A stretch of 64,000 nt of DNA. Source: an uncultured beta proteobacterium (GTDB lineage Bacteria > Pseudomonadota > Gammaproteobacteria > Burkholderiales > Burkholderiaceae_C). The notes below the pieces were generated by a model. The model did not search any database and had not been told where the DNA came from. It saw only the letters and a program-made list of their open reading frames with translations. Where the stretch lies: positions 3,785-67,784 of the forward strand of contig CAIKVZ010000293.1 of the NCBI GenBank assembly GCA_903830985.1. Direction: 5' to 3'. The translations under genes were made by a program, and so were the position numbers. Positions 27,362-37,415 of the stretch are shown one piece after another; the first letter of the stretch is position 1; every line of letters begins with the position of its first letter.

Positions 27362-28405
27362 ATGATCACCTACTACAACGAACTCCACGCCCTGCACCAG
27401 GGCAGGCTGGAAATGTTCCGCGGTGCGCTCGTTCCCTGTTTTGAAGTGCCGGCGCGCGTTGACCATGTGCGCGACGAATTGCTGCGCCGCGGGGGCGGCA
27501 CGCTGACGCCCAAGGCATTCCCCGACAGCGCGCTGCTCGGCGTGCACAGCGCGCGCTACCTGGATTTTCTGCAGCACGCTTGGGACGACTGGCTGGCGCT
27601 GGATCCGGCAAACGCCGGGCGCGACGCCCTGCCCTCGGTCTGGCCGATACGCGGCATGCGCAGCGACTTTTTACCGGACAACTTTTCCGCCCGCATGGGC
27701 CTGTTTTCCTTTGACGCGGGCACGCCGCTGACCAGCGGCACCTGGGCGGCGGCACGCGCCGGCGCCGACTGCGCGCTGAGTGCGGCGCACAGCGTGCTGC
27801 ACGGCGAGCGCGCAGCTTTTGCCCTGACGCGTCCGCCCGGCCACCACGCGGGGGCGGACTTCTTTGGCGGCTACTGCTTCCTGAACAACGCCGCGCTGGC
27901 GGCGCAGTCGCTGTGCGACGCAGGCCTGCAGCGCGTGGCCGTGCTGGACCTGGACTACCACCACGGCAACGGCACTCAGTCCATCTTCTATGAACGTGCT
28001 GACGTGTTCTTTGCCAGTGTGCACGGCGACCCGCGCACCGAATACCCCTTCTACTTGGGCCACGCGGACGAGACCGGCGCCGGCGCGGGGCTGGGCTGCA
28101 ATTTGAACCTCCCATTGGCGCGGGGCAGCGACTTTGTCACCTGGTCCGCCGCACTCGAACATGCTCTTGAAAAAATAGCAGCCTTCGGCGCCGACGCGCT
28201 CGTGGTTTCGCTCGGTCTGGACACCTTTGCCGGCGACCCGATCTCCGGCTTCAGCTTGCAAAGCGCCGACTACCTGCGGGTGGGCCAGCGCCTGGCCGCG
28301 GCAGGACTGCCCACGGTGCTGGTGTTCGAGGGCGGTTACGCCGTGGCCGAAGTCGGCGTGAACGCCGTCAATGTGCTCGAGGGCTTCGACACGATCAGTC
28401 CTTGA
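27362..28405 (+). CDS. Histone deacetylase-family (arginase-fold) deacetylase, acetylpolyamine amidohydrolase-like
   Basis: Track ORF 27305..28405 with the start moved to MITYYNE (ATG at 27362). Blocks RPPGHHAG, GYCFLNNAA, DLDYHHGNGTQ, SLGLDTFAGDP. Confidence 0.85.
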   Translation: MITYYNELHALHQGRLEMFRGALVPCFEVPARVDHVRDELLRRGGGTLTPKAFPDSALLGVHSARYLDFLQHAWDDWLALDPANAGRDALPSVWPIRGMRSDFLPDNFSARMGLFSFDAGTPLTSGTWAAARAGADCALSAAHSVLHGERAAFALTRPPGHHAGADFFGGYCFLNNAALAAQSLCDAGLQRVAVLDLDYHHGNGTQSIFYERADVFFASVHGDPRTEYPFYLGHADETGAGAGLGCNLNLPLARGSDFVTWSAALEHALEKIAAFGADALVVSLGLDTFAGDPISGFSLQSADYLRVGQRLAAAGLPTVLVFEGGYAVAEVGVNAVNVLEGFDTISP

Positions 28406-31139
28406 AATCTCCGCCAAAGGCGTAAACAAACTTTGCCGGATTCAGGTACTTGCGCAGCGCGGCGTTCACCTGTTCGACTGTCACCGAGGCGATCTGCGCG
28501 TCCACCTTTTGCGCCAGCAGGAAGTTGCGGTTCAGGTACAGGTTGGATGCCAGCGTGCCGGCCAGGTTGTTGTCCTGGGCCCGCGAGAGTCGACGAAAGC
28601 TCAGCAGGCTCTCCCGGGCTTCGGCCAGTTCCTTGGCGCCAAAACCGTCCTTCAGGGCACGCGCCACTTCCTCCCTGAAAGCGGTCTCGACCTTGTCGCG
28701 GTTTTGCGGCGCGAAGATGGCCGTGGCCTTCCAGTTGCTGTGCGGCTCGTGGTTGCTCCAGTTGATGCCGCTGCGCACGTCATAGCTCAAGCCGCCTTTT
28801 TCGCGGATGCGCACCCACAGCCGCGAAGACCCACCCTGGCCCAGCATGTAGTTGCCCACGAGCAGCGGCACGTAGTCAGCGTCGTTGTCGCTCAGGCCAA
28901 AAGCCTGCTCGACCTGCATGAAGGCGTTCTGCTTGTCTACGGCCTTGAACACCAGACGCTTAGGCTCCACCACCACCAGCGGGTTGGGCACGCGGGCAAA
29001 CGGCGCCTCGCTGGCCCAGTCACCGAGCGCCGCCGTCAGCGCCGGGACCGCCTTGGCTTCGTCGAAGTCGCCCACCAGCGCCGCCTGGGCCGACTGGGCG
29101 CCGTAGAACTTCTTGTGGAAAGCACGCAGCTGCTCTACCGTCAGCGCTTTGGTGGCTTCGACCATTTCGTCAAAGCTGGCGGCATAGCGCACATCGCCCT
29201 TGGGGTAGGGGTTGCCATAACGCTGCATCTCGTTTTCCACGATGGCCTCGGGGTCGGTGCGCTGCTCGTCGATGGCGGCCAGGGTCTGGCGCTTGTACTC
29301 CTCGAGCGCGTCGGGAGGAAAGCTGGCATGGCGCAGCACTTCACCCACCAGCGCCACAACGGCCGGCAGGTTCTCGCGCGTGGTCTTGATGCTGGCGCCG
29401 ACGCGGGTGGCGCCGCCGTGGAAGCCCACCTGGGCGCTCAGCTGGTCGAACTTGTCCTGGATCTGCTGGCGCGTCAGCGTCGTCGTGCCTTTGTCCAGCA
29501 TGGCGGCCGTGGCGTTGGCCACGTCTTCCAGACCGAACAGGCTTTTCTCGTCGCCCAGCTGCAGCGTCACGGTGCCGCTGACGACCTGGCCGCGCGCGCC
29601 CTTGGGCAGCAGGCTGAGCTTCATGCCATTGGCCAGCGCCTGGCTGCGCGTGCGCTGTTCGATGTTGGCCGGAGTGGCGTCAAACACTTCGGTGGCTGCG
29701 GCCACGGCCTCGCCCTTGTAGCCCTTCACCTGAGGCGCCACCTCCACCCTTGCCGGCGCGGGTGCGCGCTGCGGTTTTTCTGTGGGGATGTAGCTGCCCA
29801 GGGTGCGGTTGTCGCGCAGCAGGTAACTGGCCGCGACGCGGTTCACATCGGCCAGCGTGAGGCGACGCACCTGGTCGCGGTGCAAAAAGAACAGCCGCCA
29901 GTCACCCCCGGCAATCGATTCCGACAACGCCACGCCGACCTGCTCCGGGTTGGTGAAGTTCAGCTCCCAGCGTTTCAGGTATTTCAGACGCGCGCGCTCG
30001 AGCTCTTCCTGCGTCACCGGCTCGGTCGCCACCGATTCGAGGGTGGCCAGCATGGCGTCGCGCGCGCGGTCCAGGTCCTGGCCCGGAGCCAGTTGCAAAC
30101 CCATCAAGGTGAAGCCCGGATCCCGCAGACCCTGGGAAAAGGCAAACGACTCGGCGGCCAGTTGCTTCTCCACGACACGCGTGTGCAGCCTTCCCGAAGG
30201 CGTGTCCCCCAGCACCAGATCCAGCACCGCGATGGCGGCATAGTCGGGGCTGGCGCCGGGGGGAATGTGGTACAGCGCGTAGAGCGCGGGGCTGCCGCCA
30301 ACACGGCGTACGGTCACGCTTTTTTCGCCATCCTGTGCCGGGTCGATGGTGTAGAGCGGCGGCATCGGCATGGCCGGTTTCTTCAGCTTGCCAAAGGACG
30401 CGGCGATCCATTGGCGCACCTTGACCGGATCGAACTTGCCCGAGACGATGAGCGTCGCGTTGTCGGGGCGGTAGTAGGTCCGGTAGAACTGCTGCAGGCG
30501 CTCGATGTTCACGCCCTCGACGTCGGCGCGCGCGCCAATCGTGCTCTTGCCGTAGTTGTGCCACTGAAAGGCTGTGGCCATGACGCGCTCGAACAGGACG
30601 TTGCCGGCGTTGTTCTCGCCCATTTCCATTTCGTTGCGCACCACCGTCATTTCGGTGTCCAGGTCGCGCCGGGCGATGAAGCTGTGCACCATGGCGTCGG
30701 CCTGCCAGTTCAGGTACCAGCGCAGGTTTTCCTCGTTGTACGACAGGCTGGCAAAGTAGTTGGTGCGGTCCAGCCAGGTGGAGCCGTTGGCGCGCAGACC
30801 GCGCTTGGTGAACTCGGCCCAGACGCCGGGCGTGCCCGGTGTGCCCTTGAACAGCAAATGCTCAAGCAAATGCGCCATGCCGGTCTCGCCGTAGTTTTCG
30901 TGTCGGCTGCCGACGCGGTAGGTCACGTTCACCGTGGTCGTGGGCTTGCTGTCGTCCTGGATCAGCAGCACCTGCAGGCCGTTGGCCAGGACGTATTCGT
31001 CCACACCTTCGACCGAAGTCAGTTTGCTCATGCCGGCGGGCAGGCTCTGGGCTGGCAGGGCACAGGGCAGCACCATCAGCAGGCTTGCGCTCAGCAAGGT
31101 GAGCAGGGATTTGCGCAACAACATGGGGGAAGTCTCCAA
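28395..31139 (-). CDS. Exported M16-family (pitrilysin/PqqL-like) zinc peptidase, double-length
   Basis: 914-aa ORF with a signal-like N-terminus LLTLLSASLLMVLPCALPAQS and the inverted zinc motif GMAHLLEHLLFKG (HxxEH). The length fits four M16 half-domains. Confidence 0.9.
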   Translation of the reverse strand: METSPMLLRKSLLTLLSASLLMVLPCALPAQSLPAGMSKLTSVEGVDEYVLANGLQVLLIQDDSKPTTTVNVTYRVGSRHENYGETGMAHLLEHLLFKGTPGTPGVWAEFTKRGLRANGSTWLDRTNYFASLSYNEENLRWYLNWQADAMVHSFIARRDLDTEMTVVRNEMEMGENNAGNVLFERVMATAFQWHNYGKSTIGARADVEGVNIERLQQFYRTYYRPDNATLIVSGKFDPVKVRQWIAASFGKLKKPAMPMPPLYTIDPAQDGEKSVTVRRVGGSPALYALYHIPPGASPDYAAIAVLDLVLGDTPSGRLHTRVVEKQLAAESFAFSQGLRDPGFTLMGLQLAPGQDLDRARDAMLATLESVATEPVTQEELERARLKYLKRWELNFTNPEQVGVALSESIAGGDWRLFFLHRDQVRRLTLADVNRVAASYLLRDNRTLGSYIPTEKPQRAPAPARVEVAPQVKGYKGEAVAAATEVFDATPANIEQRTRSQALANGMKLSLLPKGARGQVVSGTVTLQLGDEKSLFGLEDVANATAAMLDKGTTTLTRQQIQDKFDQLSAQVGFHGGATRVGASIKTTRENLPAVVALVGEVLRHASFPPDALEEYKRQTLAAIDEQRTDPEAIVENEMQRYGNPYPKGDVRYAASFDEMVEATKALTVEQLRAFHKKFYGAQSAQAALVGDFDEAKAVPALTAALGDWASEAPFARVPNPLVVVEPKRLVFKAVDKQNAFMQVEQAFGLSDNDADYVPLLVGNYMLGQGGSSRLWVRIREKGGLSYDVRSGINWSNHEPHSNWKATAIFAPQNRDKVETAFREEVARALKDGFGAKELAEARESLLSFRRLSRAQDNNLAGTLASNLYLNRNFLLAQKVDAQIASVTVEQVNAALRKYLNPAKFVYAFGGDFKD

Positions 31140-31223
31140 AGGTCAATACGAGAAGTGCCTGCATCCTACCTTGACGCAGCGCACGCGCCAGACTAAACTA
31201 ATAACCCACTAGTCATTAAAAGA

Positions 31224-31922
31224 ATGTACACGCCGCCCGCCACTTCAGACCAAGCCGTGCCGCGCCGCGCACGGCGCAAACAGGCGCGCCCGGGTGAATT
31301 GCTCGACGCTGCACTGGACCTGTTTGTGGAAAAAGGCTTTGCCGCGACCCGCGTGGAAGAGGTGGCGCACCACGCCGGCGTTTCCAAGGGAACGCTGTTC
31401 CTGTATTTCTCCAGCAAGGAAGAGCTGTTCAAGGCGGTGGTGCGGCACAACCTGTCGGGCCAGTTCCCGCAGTGGAACGCGCAACTGGAAAAATTCGCCG
31501 GCAGCACGCCCGACATGCTGCGCAGCCTGCTGTCCGTCTGGTGGGATACGGTGGGCAACACCAAGGCCTCGGGCTTGACCAAGCTCATCCTGAGCGAGGC
31601 CGGCAACTTCCCGGAGATCGCCGCCTTCTACCAGCAGGAAGTGATACAGCCCGGCAATGCGCTGATCCGTCGCGTGCTGCAGCGCGGCATGGACCGGGGC
31701 GAGTTCAGGCCCATGGACCTTGAATACGCGGTGTACAGCGTGCTGGCACCGATGATCTTCCTGATGATGTGGAAGCACTCCCTGGGCGCCTGCCCGTGCC
31801 TGGACGGCGCGCAGCAACTCGACCCGGCACGCTACATCGCACACCAGACCGAAACCCTGCTCAATGGTCTGTGCCAACCGGCACAGACCCAAGCTACCAC
31901 CCGGAAGCCCCCAAAAAAATGA
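31224..31922 (+). CDS. TetR-family transcriptional regulator
   Basis: 232-aa ORF with HTH block LLDAALDLFVEKGFAATRVEEVAHHAGVSKGTLFLYFSSKEELF. Its stop overlaps the next start (ATGA). Confidence 0.9.
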   Translation: MYTPPATSDQAVPRRARRKQARPGELLDAALDLFVEKGFAATRVEEVAHHAGVSKGTLFLYFSSKEELFKAVVRHNLSGQFPQWNAQLEKFAGSTPDMLRSLLSVWWDTVGNTKASGLTKLILSEAGNFPEIAAFYQQEVIQPGNALIRRVLQRGMDRGEFRPMDLEYAVYSVLAPMIFLMMWKHSLGACPCLDGAQQLDPARYIAHQTETLLNGLCQPAQTQATTRKPPKK

Positions 31923-33082
31923 AACCATGGCTCAAATGGCTGATACCCGTACTGGTCCTGCTGCTGTTGGGCTTGGGCCTGCAGCGCGTGCTGGGCAACC
32001 GCCGCGCACAGCAAGACGCCGTCGCTGCAGCGGCGCAGAAATCCGAAGCCGTGGTCGAATTGGCAGGCACCGATGTGCTGCGCGCCGAGCTGACCGAGCT
32101 GACCCAGGGCCTGCCGATCTCGGGCGCGCTCAAGGCCGCGAACTCGGCCGTGGTGAAAGCCCGCGTCGCGGGAGAACTGCAAGCCTTGAGCGTGCGCGAA
32201 GGCGATGCTGTCAAAGCCGGTCAGATCCTTGCCAGGGTCGATCCGAGTGAGTACCAGGCCAGATTGAAACAAGCCCAGGAGCAGGCGCTGGCGGCGAAAG
32301 CGCAGATCGACATCGCGCAGCGCCAGCTCGACAACAACAAGGCGCTGGTGGACCAGGGCTTCATCTCGCGCACTGCGCTGGAGACGACGCAAGCCAGCCT
32401 GCAATCGGCGCAGGCCACCTGGCAGGCAGCGCGGGCGGCCGTCGAGGTGGCGCAAAAATCCCTGGACGACACGGTGCTGCGCGCGCCCATTGGCGGCCTG
32501 GTATCGCAACGTCTGGCACAACCCGGCGAGCGCGTCGCCATCGAGGCGCGCATTGTGGAGATCGTCGACCTGGGCCAACTGGAACTCGAAGCCAGCCTGG
32601 CCGCCAGCGACGCTGGCGCGGTGCGCGTCGGACAGCTGGCCACGCTGACCATCGAGGGCATGGCGCAGCCGCTGGCGGCCAGGGTGGTGCGCATCAACCC
32701 CAGCGCCCAGGCTGGCAGCCGCAGCGTGCTGGCGTATCTCAGCGTTGCCGGCCGCGAGGGTCTGCGCCAGGGGTTGTTTGCTCAAGGCACGCTGGACACG
32801 GCCAAGGTGCGCGTGCTGGCCGTGCCGCTGGACGCGGTGCGCACCGACAAACCCGAGCCCTATGTGCAACTCGTGGTCAGCAACCGGGTGCAGCATCAGC
32901 CGGTGCAGACCGGCGCCCGGGGCCTGGCACGCACTGAAGCCATGGTGGCGGTGACAGGCGTCACCGAGAACGCCCTGGTGCTGCGCGGCAGCGTCGGGCC
33001 CTTGCGCGCCGGCACGGGCGTGAAGTTCACGGCCGCACCCGCGGCGGTTTCGGCCGCATCCGCACCCCAGCCCGGACGCTGA
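31919..33082 (+). CDS. RND efflux periplasmic adaptor (membrane fusion protein)
   Basis: In-frame part of track ORF 31769..33082. The ATG at 31919 gives MKPWLKWLIPVLVLLLLGL. There is a coiled-coil hairpin (EYQARLKQAQEQALAAKAQIDIAQRQLDN), followed by RAPIGGLV. Confidence 0.85.
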   Translation: MKPWLKWLIPVLVLLLLGLGLQRVLGNRRAQQDAVAAAAQKSEAVVELAGTDVLRAELTELTQGLPISGALKAANSAVVKARVAGELQALSVREGDAVKAGQILARVDPSEYQARLKQAQEQALAAKAQIDIAQRQLDNNKALVDQGFISRTALETTQASLQSAQATWQAARAAVEVAQKSLDDTVLRAPIGGLVSQRLAQPGERVAIEARIVEIVDLGQLELEASLAASDAGAVRVGQLATLTIEGMAQPLAARVVRINPSAQAGSRSVLAYLSVAGREGLRQGLFAQGTLDTAKVRVLAVPLDAVRTDKPEPYVQLVVSNRVQHQPVQTGARGLARTEAMVAVTGVTENALVLRGSVGPLRAGTGVKFTAAPAAVSAASAPQPGR

Positions 33083-33086
33083 GCAC

Positions 33087-36000
33087 ATGTGGTTCACCCA
33101 GGTCAGCCTGAAAAATCCGGTGTTCGCCACCATGGTGATGCTCGCCTTTGTGGTGTTGGGCGCGTTTTCCTACCAGCGACTGCCGGTCGACCAATTCCCG
33201 AACATCGAGTTCCCGGTGGTCGTGATCACCACCGAGTATCCGGGTGCCTCGCCCGAGATCGTGGAAAACGAGATTTCGAAAAAAGTCGAGGAAGGTGTGA
33301 ATTCGGTGGCGGGCATCAACGCACTGACCTCGCGCAGCTATGAAGGCCTGTCGGTGGTGGTGATCGAGTTCCAGCTCGAAGTGAACGGACGGCGCGCCGC
33401 CGAAGATGTGCGCGAAAAGGTCGCGGCCATTCGCTCCACCTTCCGCACCGAGGTAAAGGAGCCGCGCGTACTGCGCTTCGACCCCGGCAGCCGTGCCGTC
33501 TGGTCTCTTGCAGTGGTGCCGGACGGCACCAAGGGAACAACACTCAGCGCTGTCGAACTCACCAATTGGGCCGACCAGGTGCTGAAGAAACGCCTGGAAA
33601 ACGTGCGCGGCGTGGGCACCATCACGCTCGTGGGCGGCACCAAGCGCGAAATCAACATCTATCTCAATCCGCAGGCGCTGGAGAGTTTTGGCGTCAGCGC
33701 CGAGCAGGTGGCCAATGCCGTGCGCAATGAGAACCAGAGCCTGCCGGCAGGCGCGGTGCGGTCCCTGGCGCAGGAACGCGTGGTGCAGATCGACGCGCGC
33801 ATGCAGCGCCCGGAGGATTTCGGCCAGATCATTGTGGCGCGCAAGAGCGGTGCGCCGATCCGCGTGAACCAGCTGGCCACGGTGCAGGACGGCGCCCAGG
33901 AACTCGACAGCCTGGCGCTGTTCAACGGCGGGCGCACCCTGCTGCTGTCGGTGCAGAAGGCGCAGGACGAAAACACCATCGACGTAATCGACGGCCTGGT
34001 CAAAACGGTGGCCGAGTTGCAATCGCAGCTGCCCCCTGGCGTGCGCCTGCAGCCGATCACCGACGCCTCGCGCCCGATCCGCGTTTCGGTGGAAAACGTG
34101 CGCGAGACCCTGATCGAAGGTGCGGCACTCACCGTGCTGATCGTGTTCCTGTTCCTGAACTCCTGGCGCTCCACGGTCATCACCGGTCTCACGCTGCCGA
34201 TCGCGCTCATCGGCACCTTCTTGTTCATGCAGCTGTTCGGCTTCACCATCAACATGATCACACTCATGGCGCTGAGCCTGTGCGTGGGCTTGCTGATCGA
34301 CGATGCCATCGTGGTGCGCGAGAACATCGTGCGCCACGTGCAAATGGGCAAGACGCCGTTCCAGGCGGCGCTGGACGGCACGCAGGAGATCGGCCTGGCG
34401 GTCTTTGCCACGACACTGTCCATCGTCGCGGTGTTCCTGCCCATCGGTTTCATGGGCGGCATTGTCGGCAAGTTTTTCCACGAGTTCGGCCTCACCATCG
34501 TGGCGGCGGTGCTGATCTCCATGTTCGTGAGCTTCACCCTGGACCCCATGCTGTCGAGCATCTGGCACGACCCGAGCATCCACGCGCCGGGGCGTCACGC
34601 AGCGCCCGTCACGCTGTACGACAAGACCATAGGCCGAGTCACCGGCTGGTTCGACCACGCCACGGAACTGATGTCGGGCGTCTACCAGACCCTGCTGCGC
34701 TGGGCGCTGCAGCACAAGCTCACCACGCTGGCACTCGCGCTGGCAATCTTTCTGGCGAGCATCTTCATGCTACCCCTGCTGGGAACCGAGTTTGTCCCCA
34801 AGGCCGATTTCTCCGAGACGCAGCTCAATTTCTACACACCGGTGGGCTCCTCGCTGGAAGTGACGGAAGCCAAGGCGCGCCAGGCTGAAGCCATCATCCG
34901 GGAGTTCCCCGAGGTGAAATACACCCTGGCCACGCTGAACCCGAACGCCACTGGCAAGATGTACGCCAGTCTTTACGTGCGCCTGGTGGACCGCAAGGAG
35001 CGCAGCCGTAACGTGGACGAGATGTCGGCCGTGTTGCGGGAGCGTCTGCGCCAAGTGCCAGGCATGACCGTGACCCACGTCGGCCTGCTCGATCCGGTGG
35101 GCGGAAACAAGCAGATCGAGTTCTCCCTGCAGGGTGCCGACACCCGGGAACTGGAGCGCCTGACGCTGCTCGTCATGGACAAGATCAAGCGCATCCCTGG
35201 CCTGGTGGACCTGGATTCCAGCGTAAAACCGGACAAGCCCACGCTGGAAGTGGACGTCAGGCGCGACGCGGCCTCCGATCTGGGGCTGAGCGTGGCCCAG
35301 GTCGGCTCCGCCCTGCGCACCCTGGTGGCCGGGCAAACGGTGGGCAACTGGCGCGCGCCGGATGATCAGACCTACGACGTGAACGTGCGCCTGGCAGCAG
35401 GCGCCAGAACCCAGGCATCCGACCTGGAGCGCGTGCCGCTGATTGCCGCCGCCAACGCCGATGGCAGCGCGCGCATCGTGCGCCTGAACCAGGTCGCGAG
35501 CCTGCGCAACGGCACGGGACCGAACCAGATCAACCGGCGCGACCTGACGCGCGAAGTGGCGATCAGCGCCAACACCTACCTGCGCTCGGCGGGAGAAATC
35601 TCTGCCGACATCCGCGCCGTGCTGGAAACCGTCAATTTCCCCCCTGGCTACCGTTACCAGTTCAGCGGCTCCACGAAAAACATGGCCGAAACCTTCGGCT
35701 ACGCGGTGTCGGCGCTGGGCCTGGCTGTCGTCTTCATCTACATGATCCTGGCCAGCCAGTTCAAGAGCTTTTTCCAGCCGCTGGCGCTGATGACGGCCCT
35801 GCCCCTGACGTTGATCGGTGTGGTGCTGGCGCTGCTGAGTTTTGGCTCGGCCCTGTCCATTTTTTCCGTCATCGGCATCGTCATGCTCATGGGACTGGTG
35901 ACGAAAAACGCCATTTTGCTGGTCGACTTCACCATCCGCAGCCGCGAGGACAGCGTTGACGCCAACGGGCAAACGGTGCCCTGCATGGCGCGCACCGAGG

Positions 36001-36263
36001 CCCTGCTGCACGCCGCCCAGGTCCGGCTGCGGCCCATCCTGATGACCACCCTGGCCATGATCTTCGGCATGGTGCCGCTGGCCTTTGCCCTGAGTGAAGG
36101 CGCAGAGCAGCGTGCCCCCATGGGCCAGGCGGTAATCGGCGGCGTCATCACGTCGTCGCTGCTGACTTTGGTGGTGGTTCCGGTGGTTTACTGCTACATG
36201 GATGACCTGGGTCAATGGTTGCGGCGCCGCTTTGCCCCCCGCACCGTAAGCACCGGCCGGTAG
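33087..36263 (+). CDS. RND efflux transporter permease (AcrB/HAE family)
   Basis: 1058-aa ORF. The start MWFTQVSLKNPVFATMVMLAFVVLGAFSY is typical, as are two large periplasmic loops and 12 hydrophobic segments. Confidence 0.95.
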   Translation: MWFTQVSLKNPVFATMVMLAFVVLGAFSYQRLPVDQFPNIEFPVVVITTEYPGASPEIVENEISKKVEEGVNSVAGINALTSRSYEGLSVVVIEFQLEVNGRRAAEDVREKVAAIRSTFRTEVKEPRVLRFDPGSRAVWSLAVVPDGTKGTTLSAVELTNWADQVLKKRLENVRGVGTITLVGGTKREINIYLNPQALESFGVSAEQVANAVRNENQSLPAGAVRSLAQERVVQIDARMQRPEDFGQIIVARKSGAPIRVNQLATVQDGAQELDSLALFNGGRTLLLSVQKAQDENTIDVIDGLVKTVAELQSQLPPGVRLQPITDASRPIRVSVENVRETLIEGAALTVLIVFLFLNSWRSTVITGLTLPIALIGTFLFMQLFGFTINMITLMALSLCVGLLIDDAIVVRENIVRHVQMGKTPFQAALDGTQEIGLAVFATTLSIVAVFLPIGFMGGIVGKFFHEFGLTIVAAVLISMFVSFTLDPMLSSIWHDPSIHAPGRHAAPVTLYDKTIGRVTGWFDHATELMSGVYQTLLRWALQHKLTTLALALAIFLASIFMLPLLGTEFVPKADFSETQLNFYTPVGSSLEVTEAKARQAEAIIREFPEVKYTLATLNPNATGKMYASLYVRLVDRKERSRNVDEMSAVLRERLRQVPGMTVTHVGLLDPVGGNKQIEFSLQGADTRELERLTLLVMDKIKRIPGLVDLDSSVKPDKPTLEVDVRRDAASDLGLSVAQVGSALRTLVAGQTVGNWRAPDDQTYDVNVRLAAGARTQASDLERVPLIAAANADGSARIVRLNQVASLRNGTGPNQINRRDLTREVAISANTYLRSAGEISADIRAVLETVNFPPGYRYQFSGSTKNMAETFGYAVSALGLAVVFIYMILASQFKSFFQPLALMTALPLTLIGVVLALLSFGSALSIFSVIGIVMLMGLVTKNAILLVDFTIRSREDSVDANGQTVPCMARTEALLHAAQVRLRPILMTTLAMIFGMVPLAFALSEGAEQRAPMGQAVIGGVITSSLLTLVVVPVVYCYMDDLGQWLRRRFAPRTVSTGR

Positions 36264-36304
36264 AATTGAAGAGAATCGGTTAACATACCCCAAGGAGTAT
36301 CTAA

Positions 36305-36958
36305 ATGAACGTTGAACAAGCACGCGCCAACATGATCGAGCAGCAGATCCGACCATGGAATGTGCTCGATGCGCATGTGCTGGAGTTGCTGGGTTCCGTG
36401 AAACGCGAGGAATTCGTACCCTTGGCGCACAAGGCGCTGGCCTTCGCCGACATGGAGATTCCCCTGCCGGGCGGGCAACGACTGCTCACCCCCAAGGTGG
36501 AAGCGCGCCTGGTGCAGGAAGTCAATGCCCAGCGCCATGAAAAAGTATTGCAGATCGGTGTCGGCTCGGGCTACGTCACTGCATTGCTGGCGCACCGCGC
36601 GCAACGCGTCGTCGCCGTCGACAGCTCGGCCGAACTGGTACAGCTGGCACGCACCAACCTGCAGAAGGCCGGCATATTCAACGCCGAAGTTCGCCAGATC
36701 GACGCCCCCCTGGGCACGGCCGCGGAACAGCCCTTCGATGCGATCCTGCTGATGGGCTCGGTGGACGAGGTGCCATCGTCGCTGCAGCAACAACTCAAGG
36801 TCGGTGGCCGTCTCGTGGCCATCGTCGGTGAGGAGCCCATGATGTATGTCACGGTGATGACGCGCACGGGTGCAAAGACCTTTACCAGCGAGCAACGCTG
36901 GGACACCGTCGCGGCGCGCCTGCCGGGTGTTCCCCCGGCTTCTCGCTTCAAGTTCTGA
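36305..36958 (+). CDS. Protein-L-isoaspartate O-methyltransferase-like SAM methyltransferase
   Basis: 217-aa ORF with ARANMIEQQIRPWNV and SAM motif I VLQIGVGSGY. Confidence 0.85.
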   Translation: MNVEQARANMIEQQIRPWNVLDAHVLELLGSVKREEFVPLAHKALAFADMEIPLPGGQRLLTPKVEARLVQEVNAQRHEKVLQIGVGSGYVTALLAHRAQRVVAVDSSAELVQLARTNLQKAGIFNAEVRQIDAPLGTAAEQPFDAILLMGSVDEVPSSLQQQLKVGGRLVAIVGEEPMMYVTVMTRTGAKTFTSEQRWDTVAARLPGVPPASRFKF

Positions 36959-37036
36959 TGACCCGGTCCAGTCTTGGTGCCAGAACGTGCCACGGCACAG
37001 GGTAAGATAGGTTGTTAAACTGATTATTACCAAACC

Positions 37037-37378
37037 ATGCCTGCCCAAATACGCCCCAGCGGACTGTCGGACTGGATCCGCGAAATGCAACCCTACGGCC
37101 AAGCCGTACTGCTCGACGTACGCGAGCCGTGGGAGTTGCAAACCGCCAGCGTGAAACCGGACGAGATCGAGTTGTGCGCCATTCCCATGAGCGTGCTCGG
37201 CGCGCGCCTGCACGAGCTCGACCGCTCCAGGCCTGTGGCCTGCCTGTGTCACCATGGCGCGCGCAGCATGCAGGTGGCGAACTTCCTGATGCACCATGGA
37301 TTTGCCCGGGTCGCCAACATCAGCGGCGGCATCCATGCCTGGTCGCAAGAACTGGACCCGTCGGTCCCCTGCTATTGA
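37037..37378 (+). CDS. Single-domain rhodanese-like sulfurtransferase
   Basis: 113-aa ORF with active-site loop CLCHHGARS, followed by ISGGIHAW. Confidence 0.85.
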   Translation: MPAQIRPSGLSDWIREMQPYGQAVLLDVREPWELQTASVKPDEIELCAIPMSVLGARLHELDRSRPVACLCHHGARSMQVANFLMHHGFARVANISGGIHAWSQELDPSVPCY

Positions 37379-37415
37379 GCCAGACGCCGACCAGAACGAA
37401 CATCAAAGGACGAAC

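Noticed and set aside
28371-31196. 941-aa plus-strand ORF
   Set aside because: It lies antisense to the M16 peptidase gene (HxxEH motif, signal peptide). Its composition is Arg/Gly/Ala/His junk.
31140-31223. TetR operator in the AT-rich stretch before the TetR gene (…AAACTAATAACCCACTAGTCATTAAAAG…)
   Set aside because: There are only partial dyad symmetry (TAAT..ATTA ends) and an ACTAGT palindrome. This is plausible promoter DNA, but I cannot define a convincing operator by eye.
33027-36356. Two long minus-strand ORFs (562 and 528 aa) opposite the RND pump gene
   Set aside because: The plus-strand 1058-aa product has the unmistakable AcrB-type organisation. The antisense frames are His/Arg/Gly/Asp-rich.
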